A program made the position numbers and the translations under genes. From the NCBI GenBank assembly GCA_965112155.1, contig OZ218103.1: 64,000 nt of DNA. One strand, written 5' to 3'. This DNA is from Podarcis liolepis (Eukaryota). This document shows positions 52,916 to 64,000 of the stretch, in pieces. Positions within the stretch are counted from its first letter, which is position 1. Every line of letters begins with the position of its first letter. A model generated the notes under the pieces. The model had not been told where the DNA came from and ran no database searches. It saw only the letters and a list, made by a program, of their open reading frames with translations.

Positions 52916-55346
52916 TTCCCTATATCTCCAAATTAAAATGTCCCACCAGGGCACCTAAAAGTACATCCCTATTTTGTTGAACAGAATACAAACATATTGA
53001 ACCAAAGTGTAAACTACACACCATGGGACTCTGAAATATTTCCCTATACTTAAAAAAAACAAACACCAAACCAAACAGACTGGGTAGTCTACATGGACAG
53101 TTGGTCACGAGGTCACTGCTTCACCCTCCTGCCCAAGACCTTTTCTAGCTCGAAATTACCAAATTGCCATTTTACTGGAAGTAGGAAATACAAGGACCAC
53201 ACATTTTTGCTTTGTCGTATTCCTATTTTTCTCTAAGCTCTACAGGATATTCTAGGTTTTTTTTAAAAAAATAAAATAAAACCTCGTGTTAATTTAATGG
53301 TTTTAAATCCCCTCCCCACTGGCCATTGTTGCCATGCAGCAGTAGCACATTTCCCCAAGAAGCAAATTGAGATGAAGCTTCCTACCCAAACATTCTTCTA
53401 TATTGCCAGACTGGTGCCCGTGGTCCCTGCCTTTGGATGCGGTGGAGGCTGAGGAATCCAGCTAGTCTCTATGGCACAAAAAGGGTGCTGGAGAGCAGCT
53501 TCCTGCAGTCCTCCTTGGTTTTTCTTACGGAACTGGCACAGAGGGAGTAAACCGCAAGGAGTGATAAAAGGCTCCAACAGTTCTGAGGCTAGAAAGCCCT
53601 CTTTGCTCTTGCCTCTCTCTCTTTTCAGGACTCCATAAAAGCCTGTCCACTGTCCCAGGCTGGAAACAGCAGGGACTGGCAGGAAGTTTCTGCCTCTCAG
53701 AAAAAGCCTTTTACCCCTGGTGGTGGACCCAAACCAGTGCTGAATGCCTTCCTACCTACAAGGGCAGAAAGAAGACCAATCCTAAATATTAAGAACTTAA
53801 AGAGACATTAGACAAAATAAGGCAAAGTAAGACTTATTTTGTATATTGGGAGTGGGAGGAACCTCAAAACCACCTCCTTTTTTTGGTGGTCTGCACACCA
53901 CAAAGCAAGGAGGTGGGGAATACCACAGGGAAAGAATGAGAAATGATTCTGCACTTGAAAAATACTTGTTTATAAAGGAATGTATCTTGTTGAAAATGAG
54001 TGGGAAACTGGTTGCAAAAGGCTTATATTTTCTTAACATTAAAATATCTTAATTTATTTGCTACATTGAAAGCTCTCTTAAAATCACTGGTACTATTCAT
54101 GGAAAGATGGAACAGTCCCATGAAGGTACCTCAAGACTGGCACTAGGTCCTCACATTTATAAGGCATTTGTACCTTTTGATATTATTTGTACAGCGAATA
54201 TAACACAATAGCTTCTATGGTCAATCAGCATCTGCTTGGTAAATTAGTATCCATTTGGAACGAAGCTGCAATATAAAAATGCAAATCCTTCATCCTATAA
54301 AGCATAATTGGTGAAGTATTTAATTTTCTGATTTAACAAGTCACTTTGGTCACTTGCAGGAACTATCCACACCTGTTCCAACAGTACTAGCATAATAGTA
54401 AATTACAGAATTAAGTGACAGTATTAAAACAGTGCTAGAGATGCAGGAGCATAACGGTTGATTTTTTATTTAGTATTGGTTTTATAGGCTGCCTTTTGGG
54501 ATATAATGCACACAAGGTGGTTTATAGTATAAACAAAATACAAAAAGGAAATTCAAACAATTCCAAAATAACATTATGTAAGGATGTACATAGGCACATG
54601 GACTTTAGAATAAGCTCCCAAATTTAATTTTACAGCCACCAAGCATAACATAATTTAATGTGTTACTGTGGAGAGGGGAATAAAATGATAAAGACTTAAA
54701 ACAGTCCACTATGAAAATGAGGATTTCCCCATGTTTCACTGAAGCAATACAACAGCTACCAAATCACCTAGAAAACTTAGTGTTGAATTGCACTAACAAA
54801 TTAAAGGGTACCTTTTACTCCTCTAAGTTATTTTCTGCCTCTTGTGTGCTCTTGATAGAATCCTAGAAAACCCAGCTTTCATTTTTCAAAATATTGCTTT
54901 TAGCCTTTTCCTCCATAAAATTATGTTTGATATTCAATATTTCATTGTCAAGCAAGTTGCACTTCCCCTGAATTACCCCAAACCATATTTATGCAAAAAG
55001 AAAAGAAAATCCTGATTTCGCAGAAGGCTCAGATTTTATTTGTTCACTGAAGCAGAAACAGCTACTAATGGCAGTTCAAAAAACTATGTTTAGCCATTTC
55101 CTCAAGATTAAAAAGTGAGTGAATCAACAAAACCTTTCTTCTGTATTTGTACATAAGCATGATCAGATCTAGACTTCAATAGCTAGCTGGTATGCACTGC
55201 TAAGTTACACAATTTCTCACAAAGGCAAAGATAAACACCATTTCTCACAGTGGAATGGTTTCTCGAAAGCCTGCTTATTAGTAACCCTACTCCCACTCTA
55301 AGCCAGCACCACCGACCAACCTGCATTCAGAATTCAGCTAACTCTG

Positions 55347-55433
55347 ATTGGGATTTGAGAAACTGGACTCTGAAAGGAAATAGCACTTCAGCCAATGAAA
55401 GCACAGTACTGAGATCATACGTTGGTGACGTCA
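55347..55433. promoter_or_regulatory. Candidate intronic promoter/enhancer: two CCAAT boxes plus a full CRE
   Basis: ATTGG 55347-55351, CCAAT 55392-55396, TGACGTCA 55426-55433, in apparently non-repeat sequence. Confidence 0.35.
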
Positions 55434-57102
55434 GTACATAGACTGTATCTGTGGAGTTTCTAGCAGGTACTTTCAGTATAGCTGCTCAGCTTTTGCAAAT
55501 GATTTTCCTTTTCTGCTTTACAAAATTCCAAACCTCTCTCTGTGTGAAGACATTTTATGTCTCAAAATACACTACAAATTGAAGCTTCAGAGTTATGTGT
55601 AAGGCAATGAAAAGAAAAAGACATGACTCATCCATAACAAGACAGTGGAAGCAATTCAGTTACATTCTTTCTAATGCAATTTACATTATTTTCAACAGTT
55701 AAGACTCCAAAATCCACTGTTGGGCAATACTTTTTATTAGGACCAACAAAAATCTCACAGAATAATTTTCCAGAAGTTCTCTTATCTGTCAGGTTAGCTA
55801 TTACATAAGGCAGGGGATGAGAAAGACCAGGGAGGGGAATTTAAAAATAAATATGAAACTTAAGGTGGATATCAGGTTGCACCTATAATCCCGAGATACA
55901 CAGGCAATGGCTGATCCCCATTTCTGGAAACATAAAGCCTGGCTGTTATTCAGAACTTTTTCATAGCATAAGCAAAACACACGGGAACTGAAAGCATTTG
56001 TGCAGTATTACATCAAATGACTATTTATTGTTTAGCCAGCATGTCTGATTGTAGTATTTGATTACAATATAAAAAGGGTCCAGTTAATTTAACTTAATAT
56101 ATGCATTTTTCTTGGAGCAGATTCTTAAAGCACTGGCACAGCAAGCCTCCTTAACTCAAGAAATATCTATTTGGGCTTCTAACTGTACCGGGCATGGCTA
56201 TGCTACATCTAAGAGCTTATCTCACTTAATGTGGTGTTATTGGTTGTGGATCTCTGGAAAACATTGTGCAACAATTCACAGTGGTGTTTTGTTATGTCCA
56301 TTTCTGCCTCCTCCCGCTTGTTCCCAAACTAACAGTATTAGTTTCAGATTTGAATTCATGCCCTGAGACCTTCGGGTATAGGGCAGTATAGAAATTAAAT
56401 AAATAAATAAAAATTTTGAGAACTGCCCTAATACATTAGAATGGTACAAGAAAGCTCCCAAGGTGGTGAAAACTTTACTATCTCCCATATTACTTGTCAG
56501 TTTTGTGCCTAGATGGTTCTTTAAATGCAAAGACAAGAGGTTCTGTAATATCTGAAGTAGTAATTTATTACAGTACATTTCATAAGCTAGGGTCTGTATC
56601 ACTAAATACAATTATCTGCAGAAAAGAAATATGCTTGCAGCCTTGCTTTAGAACATCTGCAAGATGAAAAAACATTAGATCGTTTATTATGAAAACTATC
56701 AGCTTGGTTTCTCTTCTGATCATATCTGAGTACGGTAAGTACACAGGATTCAGTAGTACTAAAGCACTGACCAGCAACTGTTCACATGCCTTCTCAACCT
56801 TTATCAAGCAGCATAGTCTAAAAGCACACCGTGACATCATGAAGCAGTCGTCGCAGCAAGACCCAAGGATGATTTTCCTGGGGTGCTGAATAGCTGAGGC
56901 TCCTTTAGAAGAAGATTTTGCATTATATAAAGGTTAGATGGACTGAGCAGATCAGATCAAATTTTTTTTTTGAAGCAGGATGTAGCTTTAAGATGAATAT
57001 GTGTGAACAGAAATATAATTTGCCCCTCGGAACAAGCATATTCAAATCCCAGTTTAATTTTGTACATGCATCTAAACATGGCAACTTCAATGGTTTTATG
57101 TA

Positions 57103-57287
57103 CAATGGTACCTCCGGTTGCGGACAGGATTCATTCTGGAGGTTCGGTCGGATCCCGAGGTTTCTGCAACCTGAGGACCGCTTCTGTGCATGCGTGTGGG
57201 GCGAAACCCGGTCAAATACTTCCGGGTTTGCCGTTTTCGCATCCTGAAGAACCCAACCAGAGGGTTACGTAACAGGAGGTACTACTG
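57103..57287. mobile_element. Tc1/mariner-superfamily (pogo/Tigger-like) MITE
   Basis: TA|caatggtacctccggttgcg ... cgtaacaggaggtactactg|TA. Confidence 0.85.
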
Positions 57288-58584
57288 TAATTCCTTTTCT
57301 TGCACCCTAAATCCTGCACTGCAAAACCAAGTCTCATGCCAGGTAGTAATGCTAAGTTGACAAAGACATCTCACCCTAAATGTCTACAGCTGTTTCAGTA
57401 GGAAGTATTATCTAACAATAATTCTGTGTTAAGATCCAAAAAATGGGGACTCAGACCACCACCCACATGTTCTCCCCATTCTAAGAGGGAGCAGTTCTTC
57501 TCTAGAAGAATCTAAAATGTAATGTTTAATTTGGGCTAACAATATGTGCTGTAGCTTTGTTAATCTCTAGTAATAAAACTCAACAAAACTGAATTGAAGG
57601 AATTATAGCTTTTTTTAAAAGGTGACAGGTCTTCTTTACTTCATCCCAGTAATTTAGCATTGGCTGTACCGGAAAAGCAATTGAAATCCTAAAGCTGATC
57701 AACAGGTGGCAGGCATTCTTTTACTAGTTCAAACACCAAGGCACAAAACTTGACAGATATCACCAACCACACAAAAGATGCCACTTTCATGGAAATTCCA
57801 GTTTGATGAGCCAAATAAGCATTAGGCAGAGTAAAATCAGCACTAAGCTGTATCAGTGCTTTCACAAAGGAAATTGAAATATGGCTGTTTTTTAATTTCT
57901 CCATCTTTGTGTGAAGATATCAATTCATTCGTACCATACATGCTCAATTGTTAATACTGTTACAGGCCACCCCAATCCCTGCAAGCCGTGCACAGGATTC
58001 TAGGGGTCTTGGCCCTCAACCAGAGTCTTGTGTTCCTTTGGAGAACTGAAGATGTGGCAGAGGCTGTCATATCTTTAATAAATATGATTTATTTACATAT
58101 TTACACCTGAATTTAGATGGGGGGAATCCAGATCTATCTTACCACATGGTCATCTTAAGAGGGGCTTGCTCCCCACAGCAGTGCAGCCCTGGAGTCCAAG
58201 GAATCACTCCTTAACTGCCTTCAGCCAGCCAACCAAGATTGTTCTGTGCTTTTTTTCAGCTATTCCAAAGCTTCATGCCAAAGGCCCCACTCTTCCTATG
58301 ACATCATGCCCACTTACCCTGGCAACTTTCCAAATCCCCTATGTCTGTTCACACCTCAGGGCAGGAGGGAAGGACAGTTCTCTTGCATTGGCAATGGCCT
58401 TAGCTTGGCGACATCATTTTGCACAGGCTTGCCGAGGAATTCCTATGCTGCTTGTATTTCCCCATCATATCCCAAATAGTCAAAATCTTACCATTTATTA
58501 TTTTCTAGGGTTTAGGGGGGAGGGGTCACCCCAACCTACAACAATATCTACAACATAAGTAACCATGTTTCCAAGAGCGCCAAA

Positions 58585-58758
58585 GTGCTGTGTTCTTTAT
58601 ATGCTTTTAAAATGTGTGTGTGTGGGGGGGTGTTATTGGGTTGTTGTTTTTATTCTGATTATGTATTTTGTGATTTTATATTTTGATTTTATTCTGAGAA
58701 ATGACCTGAGACCTCTGGGTCTAGGGTGGTATATAAATTCTAATAATAATAATAAAAT

Positions 58759-58788
<30 letters not shown>
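58585..58788 (+). repeat. L2-like 3' tail ending in (TAA)n, followed by (CAG)10 at 58759-58788
   Basis: cctgagacctctgggtctagggtggtatataaat taataataat; similar tail at about 56360-56410. Confidence 0.7.
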
Positions 58789-58790
<2 letters not shown>

Positions 58791-59274
58791 GCCCAAACCA
58801 CTCAGGAAGTAAGACTCACAGGTACATTCTAGTTGTAATCATGTGCAACTAGCTTTGGTGTATCTCCCATCAAAAGACACAACCAACCAGTTCAATAACA
58901 ACAACACAAATCAGGCAAATCCCCTTGCTAGATCTGTGTGAATGCATTAGGGGATGGGAGCATTCTTACAGAGCAATTCTATACATGTCCGTCCCCCCAC
59001 CCCAGCAAGAAGTTACAGTATGTTCAGTTGAGCTTATTCCCAGCTCAATCCTATAAATATATAGGATTGCAGCAAAGGTCTGTCGGTTGTTTTCAATTTG
59101 TAGAATGCCATACAGTCTCATAGTTTTTCTCCCCTAAAGAAAAAATGTTAGAACACCAAGACCTGACTCTCTTGATGCTCTTTGCATAATTTTGAAAGTC
59201 TTTGATGCTTTCTGGACTTTTGAGAATCAGAATGTGTCTGAGGAGAAAAGTTAAAGCCCAGGATACAAAGAATT

Positions 59275-59426
59275 AATAAAAATAATAATAATAAACAATT
59301 TTATTATTTATACCCCACCTATCTGACTGGGTTTCCCCGGCTACTCTGGGCGGCTACCAACAGAACACTAAAAACAGAATAAAACTTAAAACATTAAAAA
59401 CTTCCCTAAACAGGGCTGCCTTCAGA
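59275..59426 (-). mobile_element. L2 LINE 3' tail, minus strand
   Basis: Reverse complement of the 50830-50960 segment (tctgaaggcagccctgttt...gccgcccagagtagcc). Confidence 0.85.
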
Positions 59427-62400
59427 ACAACATGAAGCCGGAGACAAAGTCCTCATATGAGTATTAAGCTGAAATAAAGAGATCAGATGGTTACAGGCAG
59501 ACTAACTGGATGGAATCCAGTTATCAGGTTGAACACTCATCTTAAAGTTAATTTTCCAGCAGGGAAGCACATTTTCTCCATTACATAAACAAAACCATTC
59601 TCTTTTATTTCTGTGTCCTTCTAAGATAGATCAAGCTGGGTTCTTTCCATTGCTTTGATTTTTTTATATTTTTTGCAACTGAAAGGAGCATTTGGTGGGG
59701 ATGATTCCGTTCTGTTCTTACTGGTAGACTGTTACCCCATTCTTCTACAACAAGTGTCTGACCAGAACGGCAGCAAAGGTGATGAAGAACTTGATAATAC
59801 TACATGTAGACTATGAACCCAAGACCTATAAAACTAACCAATTTTTGCAGCAGCCATAAGAAATAGCATCTTCTTTACATGTCAGTTAGAATCTACACTC
59901 TCTATCTCTATTGAACGATGCTGTAATTTGTTTTCATGTAAAGCGGAAAGTCCTTGGAGAATGAGGAAGAGGAGATACCGGAGTATCTAGAATAATACTA
60001 ATTAGTCTCTACTGCCTTTTTTCCCCCCCGAGGAAAGAAATAATCTGGATGCTAGATAGAGGCCTGTATCTTTAGAAATTGTAAGCCTATAAGGGCAAAA
60101 CTGCATGTTACTTCATTTTCCTCTCTACCTCAGCAGAGGTGCTTGGGGAGGAGCAATCTAAATTGGGACGTTCATTTTGGAAGGCTTAGTGGCATGCGGA
60201 ATTGTTAAATGCACACACTGCTATAATCAAATGGACAACCCATTATGGCATTTCATTTGTAAAGAAAACATTGGGAGAGCCAATAGTAGACGTCCTGAGT
60301 AATTTATAATTTGGCGCTTAGCTTGAGTGGCAAGACTGCTGTGAGTTCTACTCAGCCTCTTCCTCCAGATCTGCACCCTTATATGCATCCCGTAGGCACC
60401 CTTAGTTTCCCAAAGATAAAGAATGGTAGCTATTTGAAGAGCTGTGCAGAAGACGTGTTTATTTAAAAATACAGTAATGCACCTTATGTCAAGGAGATTC
60501 ACCACCAACCATCATATACACAATCAATAATCCCACCAGATAAGTGTGCATTGAAGTGAAGCCTACAGCATTTAGTCACATGCATATAAATGAAAGTCTG
60601 TTATCTGCTGCACTGCTAATATACCACTTTTTTAAAAAGCAATTATTACAAGTTACAAAATAATATGTCATACGTACAAGCCATATTCCAGTTCTCTTAA
60701 GTGATAGCTCTATAAACATTTTCAGAATAAGAAGCAAAATGTTGCTACAGAAAGGCATAACGAGGCCAAGAACTACAGTTGTTGTACCTCAAGAGAACAG
60801 TTTCAATGGTCTCATTAATTTGCAGTTACCCAGAATCCTTCTTTATTTCAGTTGACTCTGAAAATCTTTAATAAAACCACAATTTCTTCCTTTCTATATT
60901 GTGCATTTTATTTTGTTTTCCACATTATTCTATAATAACCTTACAAATAGTTTAGGAAAAATACACTTCCCTCCCATCTCCACAACACTTTTTGCAGCGA
61001 TGCAATACAGGGGCATCATTGCTGCAGCTTCATCTCTCAGTCTTTTGCCGCCAACATACTGCTCCAATAGTACTTTCATCACTCCTTCCAGCCAGGTCTC
61101 CTTTCCTTCTGCAGTACCTGGCCATCAAGAGTCAAGTTAGTATCATAGCAGAGTGCTGCGATATTAACTGCTACTGTACATACTGGCTCTTCCCTCTGCT
61201 CTGCTACCCCCCTCCCAAGTGACATAGGCAAAAATAACAGCACTGCAGCATTATTTTTCCCAGTGTGCAGGAAGAATGCTGCAGCACAATTGTAGCTACC
61301 TCTCCCTGCTTTACAGGGTTAAGGGGTGCAGGGAAGCTGACACTCACTAATCTACTTGAGCCAACCAAGTAGGTGGCTGGCTAACCACACAGCTACCGTC
61401 TCCTCTATTGTACCAAACATTTCAATAAGTAACGTACTTTTCTATGGCACTCATGCACCAAAACCAACTTCCTTAATGTAAGACTGCTACAGAAATCACA
61501 ACCAGAATACACCTTATAGCAGGAAGTTCCCTGATATTTCTTAAGCAGAAGGGCTTGCTATTATCAGAGAGGGTTGAAGGAGCTCTATGATGTCCATGTC
61601 ACACTTGAGTAAGAATTTGTGCTCTCTGCTTGAGAAGCTGAAGCTTCAGGCCCAGCACTAGCAGCTGCCCAAACTCAGCTTAAGGAGTTCTAAACAGGAT
61701 TTACATTCTTTTTAGCCAGAGAGAAAAACTCTCAATAACTTGGTTTTTATTTAAGTTGTTTATATCCTGCTTTTCAAACCAGTTTGCCAACAATTTACGT
61801 CATTTAGACGTGTAGATAAGGGGTTGCATGTATTCAACAGCATTGCTCAACTGACAATAAAGCTTCCGTTGTAAGAAAAGGGATGGAAGCAATTTTTCAC
61901 TATTTGTCCACCGCCCCCCCCCCCAATCTGTGCAACACAGATGGATACAACCCATGATTTCCAGAATTTAATTATTTATTCTACATTTACAGTCCTTGTT
62001 AGTTTCTCTTATTTTCCCTCTAACAAAATGTAACTCTTCCTCCTGTAAGTTTGCATATACCAGGTAAGCTGTGCTACCATCCAGAAATGAAACCTCAAAG
62101 TAATGGTTTGGCCAGCATCAGTTATAAAATATGTATACAAACATCACAGTAATGCAATAATATCAAGGAAATCTTTATGATAAAATGGGCCAAGGACATG
62201 GGAAACCATACTGTTCTCAAAACTTGTCACTTTTCTGAAAAAAATGTAAGCCTATTTAAACAAGTTTAACCTTCTGAAGTCTTCACATATGAATGGGACC
62301 TGCTATAACACTACCATCACTGCTGGTTTGAGGTGTGTATGTAAAGGTATGGGGGCACGTATTTAGCAAATACTTGGAAAGGTACCTCCACTTTTTGCTT

Positions 62401-64000
62401 CACAGCTTTCTTTCTAGAGGGCTAGAGACTTACTTTTTTAAATGAAAGCTCAAAGTCTGGGGCCCTGCCCATGGGTGCCAATGGAGGCCTTAGTGATGGG
62501 CACTACATTGGCAACCCCTTACCTAATATATTTATATGTCCCCAAATAAAACTCCACAACTACTATAGGTAGGTCAATTTAACTTTTTATGCAGATGAAG
62601 TCAGAAAACTGTTTCCAACATAAGATCACTTAACTCACCACAGACCTTTGCTATAACCTGCTACTTCTCATTTTATTTTAAAGCTTTACCACATGTAAAG
62701 TACCAAAGATGACTGGCTGCCTTAACGCGGGTATACCTGTTAGTGGTTTTGAATGTGTCACAAATGGTTAATTTCACTCAGTTAAGAAACTTATATTAAA
62801 GATCAGGAGTGCCACTAAAATAGCTAAACATACCTATCTCACCCCCCCACACACAATTCTCTGCTACATGCAGATGACTGAAGAGATACTACAAACATAA
62901 GTGTACATATATTCATTTTGTGTCCCAAATTGTAACCTAAGTCTGTAACCGCTGGCTATGGAATGCACTCTCTATCAATATGTATAGGCACTTCTTTATT
63001 AGTCTTCAGAAAATGGATTTTCAGCGATTTAGCAAGATGAGGTATAAGGTAAGGTATTTTTGTAGATATTTTCTACTCATTTTCATGTTCTGTTTACATT
63101 GTTTCACTACTTCTAGAAAATATATTTTAATCTTAATCTGGCCAACCAGGTCTGTCTGAGCAAGCCCCACCCACCTGCCAATCATCCCATGTCATTTCAA
63201 CTTCCTTCACATGTGCTGCCAACAACAGTTTATCTGATTTACAAATCTGCTCATGGGCCCCAAAAGGCTGGCGACCCCTGTACTATATTCTGATTATTAG
63301 AATCTATTAATTAGATCAGAAACTGTAGGGCTTAACCTTAAAAACCCTTAACCCTTAAAAAGAAGTTAGAGGGATGATCTTGGCGTTAAACACAATAGCA
63401 CTAAGATCAGAAATAAGCTTTCTGCCTCTTTTATAAATAAAAGACAGTATTTCCCATTGCCCAACCCATCTTAGCACTTTGCTATTTAATGCTATAATTG
63501 GGAGATAAAATGCCTGTGCTTTAAAGATCCTCTTTAAAGGAAAGAAAGAGGGAGAGCTTTCCAGTCACCTTCACCCTAGCAATGGAGAGTAAGGGTTGGA
63601 AATGCTGAGTATGTGTGTGCACACACCCTGCCTGTGTGTCTATATGTCCAGTCTGCGAGACTAAGTGACTCTCTGTGTGTGTTGCTGAGTGTTTGTTTGG
63701 TACGTACGGAATACTGTGTGTTGCATGCCTTGTGCAGTGTGTTTGGCAATGGAGGGAGGGAAAAGAGGTAGATACTTTTCTTTTTTTTCTTTCAGAGGTT
63801 GGAATGCAGACCTATGAAAGTTGGACAGAGTCAAATCTGGCCCTCAGGCTGAAACAAGTTCTCCATCCCTGCTGTAAGCTTTGTAAGCTTAATTGATAGC
63901 AAGGTACAGTGAGGCAACGCAAAACATTTTAAGTCAGACTCCACTAACCAGGTGCTCTCCGGATGTTTCGGACTATAAGTCCCATTAGCTCCAGTCAGCA

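Noticed and set aside
58310-58360. Strong minus-strand donor (AGG|gtaagt) in intron 1 as an alternative PIK3R3 exon
   Set aside because: No convincing acceptor or in-frame leader upstream; isolated consensus donors are common in long introns.

Overview
Vertebrate genomic DNA from a squamate reptile; the Sauria SINE subfamilies suggest a lacertid lizard (inference). The one securely identifiable gene is PIK3R3 (PI3K regulatory subunit p55-gamma) on the minus strand. Nine coding exons (equivalent to human coding exons 2-10) lie at 47411-31426, all with GT-AG boundaries and consistent phases, giving 1280 nt of CDS ending ...QMPSLCR-stop. The first coding exon is not in the window. A long 3' UTR probably runs to an AATAAA cluster at about 24.1-24.3 kb. 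Positions 1-24 kb contain no recognisable gene, only repeats, motif clusters and a few exon-like segments. Repeats include three full-length Sauria SINEs with 13-bp TSDs, other tRNA-derived SINEs, L2 and CR1 LINE fragments, hAT and Tc1/mariner-type MITEs and microsatellites. There is a 147-N assembly gap. I found no convincing new biological system. The best leads are the 3' UTR regulatory architecture, a candidate internal promoter in intron 1, orphan exon-like segments near RFX-type motifs in the 1-24 kb region, a 62-bp-arm hairpin and a four-level nested repeat. Comparisons to human are from recalled knowledge, not a search.
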